The notes beneath the pieces are model-generated. The model worked only from the letters and a program-made list of their open reading frames with translations, was not told the origin of the DNA and did no database searches. A DNA stretch of 64,000 nt from an uncultured Desulfospira sp. (GTDB lineage: Bacteria > Desulfobacterota > Desulfobacteria > Desulfobacterales > Desulfobacteraceae): the NCBI GenBank assembly GCA_963663165.1, contig OY760175.1:6432001-6496000 (forward strand). Direction: 5' to 3'. Made by a program: the position numbers and the translations under genes. This document shows, in pieces, positions 20,173 through 30,046 of this stretch. The stretch's first letter is position 1. The number at the start of each line of letters is the position of its first letter.

Positions 20173-21144
20173 CTACTTTTTTTCATACTGGCCCAGGGCC
20201 TGCTCAAGGCGGCTGCGCACCTCCTGCTGAAGGCTTATGGGGGCCATGACCCTGACATCAGGCCCATACCGCAGAATTTCCATAACCAGCTCCCTTTGAT
20301 CGGCATAGGGCAGGCGCAGTTCATAGGTGCCGTCTGATAAAAAGCCCCCTTGCTGGTCCGGATGCCATTTTTCTTCGGCCACCCAGCGGGCCGCCTTCCG
20401 GGAAAAACGCAAAACCGCCTCTGCCACGGGATGGCCTGCAAAAATGCCAAAGGACGAAAAAAAATGATCGTCTAATTTTTTTTCGTCCACCCTCCGGCAG
20501 GCGGTTTCAATCCGGCTCACATTGCTCATTCGCTCAAGAGCCAGTGTTCTCAGGGCACAGCGGGTGTGGCAAAAGGCTGCCAGATACCAGTTGCCCCGGT
20601 AATAAAACAGCCGCTGGGGTGAAACAGTGCGGTCGAGTTTTTTGTTCTCCACCCGGCTGTGATAACAAAGGGTTAATCGGGTCTGCCGGATTAATGCGGT
20701 GGCTACGGTGCGGAAGGCCATGGGGCAGCATGCGCGGATACCGATGCCGAGGAACTTAATCCGGCGGGTGAGCTCCTTGGTTGATCTCCCCCGGGTTGCA
20801 AGAAGTTTTTCAATACGCCTGCGGATGGGAACAAGTTCACTTTTTAGAAGCCCGGGATCCAGTTGATGGATAAGCTCATTGATGGCAAGCAGGGCATGAA
20901 GTTCGGAAATGCTCAACCAGAACCCGGGCAACTGTAATACCGTATCATGGGCTTTGTCCAGAATATAGCCCTGGGCACCGGGATCGTAAAAAAGGGGGGC
21001 GCCATTGTCTCGAAGGCGTCTGATGTAGCGTTTCAGGGTCGCTTCAGAATAATCCACGCGGGCAAGCAGATCCCTGAACGGGATGGGATAGCGCCGGACT
21101 GACAATATGTCGGACAGCTCACGTAATCGTTCTATTTGTTTCAT
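20173..21144 (-). CDS. HTH-WYL-WCX transcriptional regulator (YafY/DriD/PafB-like)
   Basis: 323 aa; HTH SEATLKRYIRRLRD; RTVSPQRL...NWYLAAFCH...RTLALERM; WHPDQ and ILRYGPDVRV. TATTAT 6 nt before the ATG suggests a leaderless mRNA. Confidence 0.93.
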   Translation of the reverse strand: MKQIERLRELSDILSVRRYPIPFRDLLARVDYSEATLKRYIRRLRDNGAPLFYDPGAQGYILDKAHDTVLQLPGFWLSISELHALLAINELIHQLDPGLLKSELVPIRRRIEKLLATRGRSTKELTRRIKFLGIGIRACCPMAFRTVATALIRQTRLTLCYHSRVENKKLDRTVSPQRLFYYRGNWYLAAFCHTRCALRTLALERMSNVSRIETACRRVDEKKLDDHFFSSFGIFAGHPVAEAVLRFSRKAARWVAEEKWHPDQQGGFLSDGTYELRLPYADQRELVMEILRYGPDVRVMAPISLQQEVRSRLEQALGQYEKK

Positions 21145-21472
21145 TTTGGCATAATAAGATTAAAATTAAAGGTGCCTAAAATTTTAAGCCAATGCGCTTT
21201 TTTTACTTATATCCAATGATCTCTTATTACAAGGAAAAATTTGTGAAATAGCCGGGTTATCCCTGCTCCCGGAAAGAATAGGGAAGACCGGGGATGATCC
21301 GGCATCACCCGAAAGGCACAAACCGGGGCCAGCGTTTCCCTTTTGGCTGCCCCTGATTTTTGCTTGTTTTTTAGCCATAGCTGAATGGTTACAAAAGGTG
21401 TTGATAGTATTTGTGTATGTGTGAATTATATGGGGCAGGGGGTGATTTAAATCGGAGATAAACGGGGTTTTT

Positions 21473-21559
21473 TTAAGAGGAATGGGCCGGGAAAATAATT
21501 TTAAATTCCGTGCCTGTTCCCGGGTTGCTTTTGACGCTGATGGAGCCGTTATAATCCTT
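21473..21559 (-). repeat. Direct repeat (attL-like): kinase 3' end, probably element-supplied
   Basis: Partner of 4670..4756; differences are confined to the last codons and are mostly synonymous. Confidence 0.92.
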
Positions 21560-23329
21560 GACAATGCCCTGGACAATGGGCAGGCCGAGCCCCAGGCCCT
21601 CGCCCATTTCCTTGGTGGTAAAAAACGAGTCAAAAATTTCGTTAAGCCGGTTTTCCTGTATGCCCGCACCATTGTCCGCCACCACCAGGCCGACCATATC
21701 ATCATGGGAAAATGTGGTCATGCAAATTTCACCGGGGGTGGTGTCGCCTAAGTCCTCCACCCGCTCGTTGATGGCGTCCCGTGCGTTGGTCACCAGGTTG
21801 AAGATCACCTGTTCCATGCGGTTGTGGTGGGCCAGGATGTCGGGGATGCCCTCGTTTAAGTCCAGTTTAAGCGCAATGTTCTGCAGCGCGATCTGCCGGC
21901 CGATGATTTTGTAAATGGACCGGACACAGGCGTTGATGGAAATCACCTGGCGTGCAAATTCGGCCTTCCGGGAAAAGCGTTTAAGGCGGCCTACAATTTC
22001 CGATCCCCGGGTGACCTGGGTGGAGATCTCGGCCAGGACAAAGGCCAAATCCGCCGGTGTGACGTCTTTTTTTTGCTCATGCATCATGAGCAGGTATTCG
22101 CTGCCCATTTTAATGGCATTCAGGGGCTGGTTGAGCTCATGGGCAATCCCGGCGGACATTTTTTCCAGATTGCTCATTTTGGAGGCCTGGATGAGCTGGT
22201 CGTCCTTTTCCACAAGCTCGGTAATGTCTGTGGTGGCCACGATAATGACATCCCGGTCCCGGTATTCGGCCGAGCTTGCGTGGACATTGACGAATACCGC
22301 GGCCCCGTTTTTTTTGAACAGCCGGACCTTGGAGGAGATGACAATCGAGGTGCCAAAGGGAAAATTCCGTTCAAAGGCCTGGTTGTCCAGCTCGCCCAAG
22401 TCCAGAAATCGCTTCCCCTTGAGTTCCTCTCTGGTGTACCCGAGAACCTCAGCGGCTTTGGGGTTGGCATCCAGGATTTCAAAATCGGCCCGCTGGACCA
22501 CAAAAATGGGGTTGGGGCCGCTGTGAAAAAGGGACCGGTACTTTTTCTGGGATTCCATGAGGCTTTCGGTGGAAGCGGCCAGGCGCCCGGACATTTTCAT
22601 GAAAGAGGTGGTCAGGGCGGCAATCTCATCCCCCCGTTTTTCCAGTTCAAAAGACAGGGCATCGGTCTGTTTTTTGGACAGAAAATTAAAATCGCCCCGG
22701 GTCAGGTGATCCGTGTACTGGATCAGGGAGGTGACCGGCCGGGTGATGTGCAGGGCCAGGCGGTGGCTTAAAAAAAAGAAGATCAGGGACACCACAGACA
22801 AAAAACTTAAAAATATCAGCCTGAGCCTGGCAACAAGGTCGTCAATATGGGTCCGGTCCAGGCCGATCTGAACAGAGCCGATGGTGTAAATTCCCTCCTT
22901 TACCGGAACACAGATATGAAAGACCGTATGGCGGTCCACCTTGACCGGGTTTACCCGGGGGCCTTCTTCAAGGTCGGCCATGGGGGAGGGGGTGAACCCG
23001 GCGGGAATGCCCGTGGTAAAGGTATGGGCCAGGACGTTTTCCTTCGCGTCCGTGACCAGGGCATAAACCAGCACGCTTTTTCGGTTGCCCTGGCGGGTGT
23101 CATAGGCCAGGGCCGTGAGTTCTGACCGGTTCCGGGTCAGGATAAACACCCGGGCGCTGTCCGCCACCCCCTGGGCAATGCCGATGCCGCGGCTTTGAAG
23201 CTGGGAGGTGAGGCTGCCGATGAGCAGTGCCCGGGTGAACAGGGCGATCAGGACGCTGACAATCAGGGTAAATCCCAGGCAGGAGATAAAGATTTTGTTT
23301 TTCAGGCTCAGTTCGCTGAAGGATTTCAT
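21473..23329 (-). CDS. Sensor histidine kinase (TM, HAMP, PAS, HisKA, HATPase)
   Basis: H-box AGIAHELNQPLNAI, N-box NLVTNARDAI, DNGAGI, FFTTK, GLGLGL. Confidence 0.95.
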   Translation of the reverse strand: MKSFSELSLKNKIFISCLGFTLIVSVLIALFTRALLIGSLTSQLQSRGIGIAQGVADSARVFILTRNRSELTALAYDTRQGNRKSVLVYALVTDAKENVLAHTFTTGIPAGFTPSPMADLEEGPRVNPVKVDRHTVFHICVPVKEGIYTIGSVQIGLDRTHIDDLVARLRLIFLSFLSVVSLIFFFLSHRLALHITRPVTSLIQYTDHLTRGDFNFLSKKQTDALSFELEKRGDEIAALTTSFMKMSGRLAASTESLMESQKKYRSLFHSGPNPIFVVQRADFEILDANPKAAEVLGYTREELKGKRFLDLGELDNQAFERNFPFGTSIVISSKVRLFKKNGAAVFVNVHASSAEYRDRDVIIVATTDITELVEKDDQLIQASKMSNLEKMSAGIAHELNQPLNAIKMGSEYLLMMHEQKKDVTPADLAFVLAEISTQVTRGSEIVGRLKRFSRKAEFARQVISINACVRSIYKIIGRQIALQNIALKLDLNEGIPDILAHHNRMEQVIFNLVTNARDAINERVEDLGDTTPGEICMTTFSHDDMVGLVVADNGAGIQENRLNEIFDSFFTTKEMGEGLGLGLPIVQGIVKDYNGSISVKSNPGTGTEFKIIFPAHSS

Positions 23330-24633
23330 GGGATCAGTACCAGCCGGCCCCCCTGAATCCGGGTAAAGTAAACCTGCTCAAGCCCCTGATAATCGTTTTT
23401 TCCAAAAGAGACCGGATACCCGATGCCCAGATCCATATGCCGGATGGATTCAATGGCCCTTAAAAATTTATCCCGGGTCAGGTCCCTGCCGGCCCGCTCC
23501 AGCCCCTCGGCCAGGATCCGGGCATTGATGTGCCCTTCTAACCCCACAAAACTGGAGGCGGCTCCGGGATAGGCGCTTTTGAGGTCTTCAACATAGGCTC
23601 TGATACCGGGCAGTTCTTCCCGGCGGGTTTCCTCTCCGGTTTGACTGCCGGTCCCAGGCGGCGGACCCACCAGTGGACCCACCAGTGGACCCACCAGCGG
23701 AACCGCCAGCGGAACCGCCAGCGGAACCACCTGCGAAATCAGCACCCCCTCTCCTAAGTCGCCAAGCCGCCGGGCAAGTTCTGTGGCGCCCACAAAGGAT
23801 ACATTGTAAAACAGGGCTGAAAAACGGGCTTCTTTTGCCAGGCGGATAAACCTGGCGCAGGCATCATAGGTGCCGATCATGACCACGGCCTGGGCCTTTG
23901 AGCCAATGATTTGGGACAGGCCTTTTTCCACCTCCATGGTCCCCCGGACATAGCTCCCTTTGGCCACGGGCTTGAGCCCGAATGCCTTGAGGGCAATCTC
24001 TGTCCCCCGCAAGCCGTCAAACCCGTACTCATCGTACTGGTAGAACACGGCCACCCGGTCCAGCCCTTTGTCCCGGACCATCATGGCCACAGCGGCCCGG
24101 ATTTCCTGGTAATAGGAGGCCCGCACGTTGATCAGCAGGGGGTTGGCAGGTTCCCTGAGGCGGTTGGCACCTGACAGCATCCCGAGAAGGGGAATGCGGG
24201 CCTCATCAATCAGGGGCAGCACCCGGACCGTGGTGGGGGTGCCGACATATGAAAAAAGACAGAAGACCTTTTCTTCTGAAATAAGCTGCTGGGTGTTGAA
24301 AAGACATTGGGCGGGGTCGTATCCGTCATCTTTGGCAATAAGCCGGATCATCCGGCCGTGGATGCCGCCGCTGTCGTTGATCCGGCGAATGCAGGAAAGG
24401 GCTCCCTGGAGGGTCTGGGTGCCTAAGTATCCGGCATGGCCGCCAAGGGCCAGGGAAGATCCGATACGGATTTCATCAGCAGAGACCCCGGTGGCCTGCC
24501 CCATGACCAGGGCATCCGGATCTTTCCTGTCGCATCCCATTGCCCCCATGAACAGGAGCAGGATAAGGAAAAATGCCGCCGCCGGCACCCCTTTTTCGGC
24601 CGTTCTATATTTGAGTTTATTGTGAACCGCCAC
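23326..24633 (-). CDS. Periplasmic substrate-binding lipoprotein (LivJ-like), probable co-sensor of the kinase
   Basis: Lipobox-like AMGC; INDSGGIHGRMIRL..DDGYDP; YVGTPT; RASYYQE; 4-bp overlap with the kinase gene; no permease nearby. Confidence 0.88.
   Translation of the reverse strand: MAVHNKLKYRTAEKGVPAAAFFLILLLFMGAMGCDRKDPDALVMGQATGVSADEIRIGSSLALGGHAGYLGTQTLQGALSCIRRINDSGGIHGRMIRLIAKDDGYDPAQCLFNTQQLISEEKVFCLFSYVGTPTTVRVLPLIDEARIPLLGMLSGANRLREPANPLLINVRASYYQEIRAAVAMMVRDKGLDRVAVFYQYDEYGFDGLRGTEIALKAFGLKPVAKGSYVRGTMEVEKGLSQIIGSKAQAVVMIGTYDACARFIRLAKEARFSALFYNVSFVGATELARRLGDLGEGVLISQVVPLAVPLAVPLVGPLVGPLVGPPPGTGSQTGEETRREELPGIRAYVEDLKSAYPGAASSFVGLEGHINARILAEGLERAGRDLTRDKFLRAIESIRHMDLGIGYPVSFGKNDYQGLEQVYFTRIQGGRLVLIP
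23662..23733. repeat. In-frame 12-bp tandem repeat (~6 units)
   Basis: (c/t)ggacccaccag x3 then cggaaccgccag x2 plus a variant; encodes VPLAVPLAVPLVGPLVGPLVGP. Confidence 0.85.
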
Positions 24634-24754
24634 CCCGGACCTGACCTTTGTTGAATAATGTAAAGCCAGAGTTTAGCAACTGTCATGATGCCATGTCAAT
24701 TGCCAAAATTTTCGGGAACATGCAAACGAGGCGACGGGCGGAGACGGTTTTTTC

Positions 24755-25366
24755 CTATAGGTTGATCACGCTGTCGGCCAACTGCATGGACGTGACAATA
24801 TCCAGCATGTTGGTGGTGGTGCCGATGGCCTTCTGGTCCATCAGGTTGAAATGGGTCAGGCAGGTCCCGCACACCAGAATGTCCACACCGGATCCATCCA
24901 GTTCTTCCAACTCCGGAATCACGGCAGACCCCTTGATGGCCAGTTTTACCCCGGCGTTGACAAACACCAGGCGCCAAAGGTCCCCGCCCATTTCCCTGAG
25001 GGTTTTGATGTAGTTGATCATCAGCTTGGTCCCGAGCTCATCATCGCCGTTGCCCATCCGGTCCGAGGCAATCATGACCATAATTTTTTGCCGGGATTCG
25101 CTGTCTGCCGGGGCGGTCCCTTCTGAAACGGTCTGGGTTCCTTCACCCGCTTCCCTGGTCCCTTCAACGATTGACATAATGCCGTCGGACTCAACGGAAA
25201 CCGTGAAATTCTGCATGCTGAGAAACCGGCTGACATTTTCCACAGCCGCATCATTGTCCACCAGCACCCTGATCCGGCTTAATGAGTTGTCTTCCACAGC
25301 TTCCTTGGTCATGAGGACCGGTTTCGGGCATTCCAGTGACCGGCAGTCGATTTCTTTGGTATTCAT
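24755..25366 (-). CDS. yedF: Sulfurtransferase-like selenium metabolism protein YedF (SirA/TusA plus DsrE-like domain)
   Basis: IDCRSLECPKPV; MGNGDDELG..L; VNAGVKL; VCGTCL; TTNMLDIV. Confidence 0.88.
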   Translation of the reverse strand: MNTKEIDCRSLECPKPVLMTKEAVEDNSLSRIRVLVDNDAAVENVSRFLSMQNFTVSVESDGIMSIVEGTREAGEGTQTVSEGTAPADSESRQKIMVMIASDRMGNGDDELGTKLMINYIKTLREMGGDLWRLVFVNAGVKLAIKGSAVIPELEELDGSGVDILVCGTCLTHFNLMDQKAIGTTTNMLDIVTSMQLADSVINL

Positions 25367-25548
25367 GATATATTCTCTTTGTTGCTAAATCGGGTTAATC
25401 CCAACATGGCGGGACCCCCGCCATTTCGTTTAAAATTTGAATTTACGGCACGCCGCCGGTTGAAGTCAAATAGGTATCGACAATAAAAATACCGATTGGC
25501 ATCAGGATTATTAATGCGACAGGCCGCTGATGAAGGTTTTTCCCGAAC

Positions 25549-25595
25549 GGGGTCAGGTATTGAAAAATAAGAAATGACAATTCAAGACCTGCCCC
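25549..25595. repeat. Imperfect inverted repeat
   Basis: ggggtcaggtattgaa ... ttcaagacctgccccc (2 mismatches over 16 bp). Confidence 0.5.
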
Positions 25596-25654
25596 CCTGT
25601 TTATTTTCATACATTGGTTGACAAAAAGGAAAATCCGGCCCTATACAATCATAC

Positions 25655-26506
25655 ATGAAAACAATTAAATCATTAATTTTTGCGGCCGCAATAATCCTGT
25701 TTTGTGCCTTAAGTCATGCCCATGCAGAATCCTTTATCGAGGAATACATCTACCAGGCCAGTGATTCCGACAGCAAAATAACCTGCCGGGCGATTTCGTT
25801 GATGCAGGCAAAAAGGCTTTTGCTCGGAAAAATAGGGACTTATCTAAAATCCTACACAGCCGTTGTGAATGCCCAATTGGAGAGGGACGAAATCATCGAA
25901 CTTAGTGCGGGTGTAGTAAAGGCAGAAATTCTGGATGAGCAATGGGACGGCAAGACATATAAACTGGTTACCAAAATCGAAGTCGATCCTGAAGATGTCA
26001 GCAGACAGATCGCATTGCTGAGGGAAAACAATACAAGAACAAGCGGGTATGAAGATGTTAATAAAAAGTACCTGGATAAAATCAATGAACTCAGGAAGAA
26101 TTTGGAGGACATCCAAAACAATTTTATAGAAGTGACAAAGGATTATGCCGAATCATCCAGACTGGTCGATGCCTGGGATGCTTTTGACACAGGCATGCAG
26201 AATTTGAGTGCCGGCGATTATGAGCTGGCGATAGAAAATTTTGACACATCCATTGCGGCCAATCCGAATTATAATGCTTACTTCAATCGTGGGAAAGCCT
26301 ATTCCAAGCTCAAAGAATATCCCAAAGCCATCGAAGATTTTGATGTTGTGGTCCGGTTAAATCCCTTATTTGCTGGCGCTTATTGGGAAAAAGGGCATAC
26401 ATTGGTGAAAAGCGGAAAGAAGAAAGAAGGGCTTTCGGAAATAAAAAAGGCGGCAAAGATGGGAAATGGCAACGCAAAGCGCTGGTTGAGACTCAAAGGG
26501 AAATAA
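25655..26506 (+). CDS. Secreted TPR-repeat protein
   Basis: Signal peptide (AHA), coiled coil, TPR motifs AYFNRGKAY and AYWEKG; AT-richer than its neighbours. Confidence 0.85.
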   Translation: MKTIKSLIFAAAIILFCALSHAHAESFIEEYIYQASDSDSKITCRAISLMQAKRLLLGKIGTYLKSYTAVVNAQLERDEIIELSAGVVKAEILDEQWDGKTYKLVTKIEVDPEDVSRQIALLRENNTRTSGYEDVNKKYLDKINELRKNLEDIQNNFIEVTKDYAESSRLVDAWDAFDTGMQNLSAGDYELAIENFDTSIAANPNYNAYFNRGKAYSKLKEYPKAIEDFDVVVRLNPLFAGAYWEKGHTLVKSGKKKEGLSEIKKAAKMGNGNAKRWLRLKGK

Positions 26507-26850
26507 GGCAGCCGGTCACAGGATTTGCCTACCCCTTCGGCGCTTACAATCCAACGGTGATGGCGCTTGTTCGCGAAACAGGCCATGGTTATGCCCGCAC
26601 CGTCGATCCTTCCGAGGTGGCGTTCCCGCCGGCAGATCCCATGGCCTTTCACCCGAGTTGCCATTTTCTGGCCCCGGATTTCTGGCCCCGCTACGAACGC
26701 GCAAAAGAAAGGGGCCTGTTTTATTTCTGGGGCCATTCCTATGAACTGGTCAACGAGACGATGTGGATGGCGCTGGAGAATACCCTTCAACGGATTGAGG
26801 CGGACCCGGGTGCCTGCTGGGGAGAATTGTCGGCGCTGTTTACCGTTTGA
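26505..26850 (+). pseudogene. C-terminal fragment of a polysaccharide deacetylase
   Basis: RQPVTGFAYPFGAYN...YARTV...FYFWGHSYE; N-terminal catalytic motifs absent; begins at the TPR gene stop. Confidence 0.7.
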
Positions 26851-26921
26851 GGGTGGCTGTATTTGTAATAACGGTCACGGGCCGTCTTTGGTTATCCAAC
26901 CAAGAACCGTCCACAACAAAA

Positions 26922-26964
26922 AATGAAAGTCTTCTCAGAATGTTAGTGAGACTTTCATATAAAA
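26922..26964. repeat. 43-bp dispersed hairpin element, copy 2
   Basis: aatgaaagtcttctcagaatgttagtgagactttcatataaaa; ATGAAAGTCT/AGACTTTCAT arms. Confidence 0.75.
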
Positions 26965-27129
26965 GGCCATGGGCCACAAGCCCACAACGAATAATGAAAC
27001 TGAAGATACCAGCAACGGTAGACTATAAATTGGGCACCGCAGGTGCTTCGCCCTCTTGTCTCTTGTTTCTTGTCTCCGGTTTCTTATAAAAGGCCTTATG
27101 AACTTACCATCCGGACAGGGAGAGCGACA

Positions 27130-28833
27130 TTGGCACAAAAAATAAAATTGAAAAGCGAAGCATCATTTGTGGGCCTGGATAACGCGGATATGCGGAACGT
27201 TGTCAAGGCCATGGGCTATTCCGACGATGATCTGACCGCCCAAAGACCGGTTATCGGAATTGCCAACACCTGGAATACCTTTATTCCCGGGCACTTCACC
27301 CTTAACCAGGTCAGTGAACAGGTCAAAAAAGGAATTCACCGGGCCGGCGGGACGATGTTTGAATTCGGCACCATTGGGCTGTGTGATGCCATTACCATGA
27401 GAAACCCCAATTATGTGCTGCCCTCCAGAGAGGTTATTTGCAATTCGGTTGAGATAATGGCCGGGGCCAATCCCATTGACGGGCTGGTGCTGCTGGCATC
27501 CTGCGACAAGATTGTTCCCGGAGTGCTGATGGCGGCGGCAAGGCTCGATATTCCCGCTGTTATGGTCAATGCCGGGCCCATGCTGGGCGGGATTCCCTTT
27601 GCCGGCAGAAAGGCCGATGCCACCTCTGTTTCAGAGGCTTTCGGCATGTATAAAAGCCGGCAGATATCCCTTGAGGAATACAGAACCGTGGAGGATCTCT
27701 CCTGCCCCACCTGCGGTTCGTGCAGTTTTATGGGAACCGCCAATACCATGTGCTGCCTGGCCGAGGCCCTGGGGATGAGCCTGACCGACGGGGCCGCCAT
27801 ACCGGCGGTCTATGCGGATCGGCTGCGGCTGGCCGAACAATCGGGTGAAGCCATCTGCCATCTGGTACAACAGGGCATCACCGCCCGGAATGTCATTACC
27901 CGTCAATCCATGGAAAATGCCATCCGGGTCTGCATGGCCATTGGCGGCTCCACCAATGCTATTTTGCATCTGACAGCCATTGCCTATGAAGCGGAACTTA
28001 AGATGAATGTGCCCGAAGCCTTTGAGCAATTCAACCGGGACACCCCCACACTGGCCAAGGTATACCCGGCCGGCAACCACGATATGGAAGCCTTCTGGCA
28101 GGCCGGCGGCATCCCCCGGGTTGTCGATAACCTGCAATCTATGCTCAACATGGATGTCATGACCTGTACCGGGAAGACCATGAAAGAAAATATCCAGAAC
28201 TTTCAATACCGGTTCCCGGAAAACCCCGAGGTCATTCGCGGCATGGATGATCCCTTTGATACCACCGGGGGGCTTGCTGTCATGCGGGGCAATCTGGCCC
28301 CAAGAACCGGCATCAGCAAACCCACGGCCATTGACCCCGGTGTCCGGCAGTTTACGGGAACCGCCGTTGTCTTTGATTCGGACCATCAGGCAACCCAGGC
28401 CATATTGAATGGCGATATTCAGGCCGGCAGTGTGGTGGTGATCCGGTATGAGGGGCCCAAGGGCGGGCCCGGGATGATGGAAATGTATAAATCACTTAAA
28501 TATCTTCGGGGAATGGGCATGCACAAATCCACCGCCGTCATCACCGACGGCCGGTTTTCCGGAACCAATAACGGCTGTTTTATCGGCCATATCTCCCCGG
28601 AAGCGGCAGAGGGAGGCCCCATCGCCATTGTGGAAAATGGTGATAAAATCAGTATTGATGTGAATCAGGGATCCGTTCACCTGCATCTTACCGATAATGA
28701 GATCGCCCGGCGGCTGCAAAAATGGAAAAAACCGGAACCAAAAATTCAAAAAGGCTACTTAAGCCTTTATGCCCGGCTCGCCTCTTCAGCCGATGAGGGA
28801 GCGGTGATCAAACACCGGAAGGGGGAAGAATGA
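27130..28833 (+). CDS. ilvD: IlvD/Edd-family dehydratase (possibly a sugar-acid paralogue)
   Basis: PGH, CD, SCDKIVPG, CGSCSFMGTANTM, GGSTN, RYEGPKGGPGM, TDGRFSG, GHISPEA; TTG start after GGGAGAG. Confidence 0.9.
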   Translation: MAQKIKLKSEASFVGLDNADMRNVVKAMGYSDDDLTAQRPVIGIANTWNTFIPGHFTLNQVSEQVKKGIHRAGGTMFEFGTIGLCDAITMRNPNYVLPSREVICNSVEIMAGANPIDGLVLLASCDKIVPGVLMAAARLDIPAVMVNAGPMLGGIPFAGRKADATSVSEAFGMYKSRQISLEEYRTVEDLSCPTCGSCSFMGTANTMCCLAEALGMSLTDGAAIPAVYADRLRLAEQSGEAICHLVQQGITARNVITRQSMENAIRVCMAIGGSTNAILHLTAIAYEAELKMNVPEAFEQFNRDTPTLAKVYPAGNHDMEAFWQAGGIPRVVDNLQSMLNMDVMTCTGKTMKENIQNFQYRFPENPEVIRGMDDPFDTTGGLAVMRGNLAPRTGISKPTAIDPGVRQFTGTAVVFDSDHQATQAILNGDIQAGSVVVIRYEGPKGGPGMMEMYKSLKYLRGMGMHKSTAVITDGRFSGTNNGCFIGHISPEAAEGGPIAIVENGDKISIDVNQGSVHLHLTDNEIARRLQKWKKPEPKIQKGYLSLYARLASSADEGAVIKHRKGEE

Positions 28834-29628
28834 AAATCGTCCAAATGAGTACCACCGCCGTATCCCTGCCAATGAATATTCGTTTTTTCTTTGGCAGGGA
28901 AAACCCGTGCATGACACCGGTTATTGTGCAGTTGAAAACCGACGACGGCCTGGAGGGATTCGGTATTGCCTATACCATAAATGATTTTCAGGTCAACTCG
29001 CTTAAAGCCAGTATTGAAGACCTCAAGGAAGTGGTGATGGGCCAGGATATCACCCGTTGGGCCGCCAACTGGAAGGATCTTCATACAGCCCTCAAACATG
29101 CCGGCCAATGGGGCGGTTATGGATTGAATGCCATTGCCGCGATTGATACGGCTTTCTGGGACCTGCGGGCAAAAGCGTTGAACCTGCCCCTGGCCCGCTT
29201 GCTGGGAGGGTTCAAGGATAAAATTCCAGCTTATGCCAGTAACTGGTTATGGGGGTTTTTGAGTATTGATCAGCTGCAGGAAGAAGCCGCCGCCCTGGTC
29301 AAAAAGGGGCATCGGGCCATGAAGATGAAAATGGGGGAAAGGACCACAAGCAGAATGTAAAGCGGTTCAAGGCCATCAGGGAAGCCGTTGGCGATGATAT
29401 CCATATTATGGTTGAAGGCCACTGGTCATGGACGGTATCCGAAGCCATCCGCATGGGGCGGGCCCTTGAACCCTTATAATCCCTATTGGCTTGAAGACCC
29501 TCTCGGGCTTCACCAGGGGGATATCTGCCTGGAGGATACGGCCGCCTTAGCCCAGGTGACCGCCGCGGTCGATGTCCCGGTAGCCGCCGGTGAAACCTTT
29601 TCAACCAAATACGGGTTTCGGCGTATTG
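28830..29628 (+). pseudogene. Mandelate racemase/muconate lactonizing enzyme family, two frameshifts and 3' truncation
   Basis: AIDTAFWDLRAK, LLGG, KMKMG; continues after a missing base (~29335) as AIREAVGDDIHIMVE and after an extra base (~29473) as WLEDP...PVAAGE; ends against the convergent gene. Confidence 0.85.
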
Positions 29629-29986
29629 TTTCTGCGGTCTGCTGTTTCCGGTTTCCGATTTTTTTTGCCCATCCGCAGATGGTTTCAAAGTCTGAAAACC
29701 GCCATTTATGGGGGAAATCACGGCATTGCTGTGGCTTGACATCATTAATCTTACAGCCGTTCTCATCCAGAAACAGGCAGGCCCCGTTTTCTTTTTCAAT
29801 CAAAGACAGGGCCTGCCGGTCTTTGGTCAGGATAGTGAAGCGTGACGTAAACTCTAAAATGTCCATTCCCAGATAGGCGGCTATTTTTTCAGCCTCGCCG
29901 GGTTTGAGCCTGACATAGCCGGCCTGCCGGCAGCAGGCATGGCAGCGGATACAGTGAAAATCGGTTAAATCCGTTTGATTATTCAT
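29510..29986 (-). CDS. YkgJ-family cysteine-cluster protein
   Basis: CIRCHACC, CLFLDENGCKI, KPQQCRDFP; tail reads into the antisense of the pseudogene. Confidence 0.88.
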   Translation of the reverse strand: MNNQTDLTDFHCIRCHACCRQAGYVRLKPGEAEKIAAYLGMDILEFTSRFTILTKDRQALSLIEKENGACLFLDENGCKINDVKPQQCRDFPHKWRFSDFETICGWAKKIGNRKQQTAETIRRNPYLVEKVSPAATGTSTAAVTWAKAAVSSRQISPW

Positions 29987-30046
29987 GGGTGATATAACAT
30001 GGTTCGCGGTTAAAGCAGGGTCCCCCCCCCAGTCCCCCCTTGAGGG

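Larger units (their letters stand above)
4670..21559. mobile_element. CRISPR-Cas genomic island integrated in the 3' end of a sensor kinase gene (no integrase visible)
   Basis: Flanked by direct repeats of the kinase 3' end; separates the kinase from the response regulator; carries WYL, cas genes, array and an IS91-like remnant. Confidence 0.8.

Noticed and set aside
21145..21472. Integrase or orphan CRISPR repeat (gggaagac at 21281) near the att site
   Set aside because: No plausible ORF; the 8-nt match lacks the repeat hairpin.
21557..21560. CTTG (an IS91 target tetramer) at the repeat boundary
   Set aside because: Only 4 nt, and the junction falls inside rather than beside it; likely chance.
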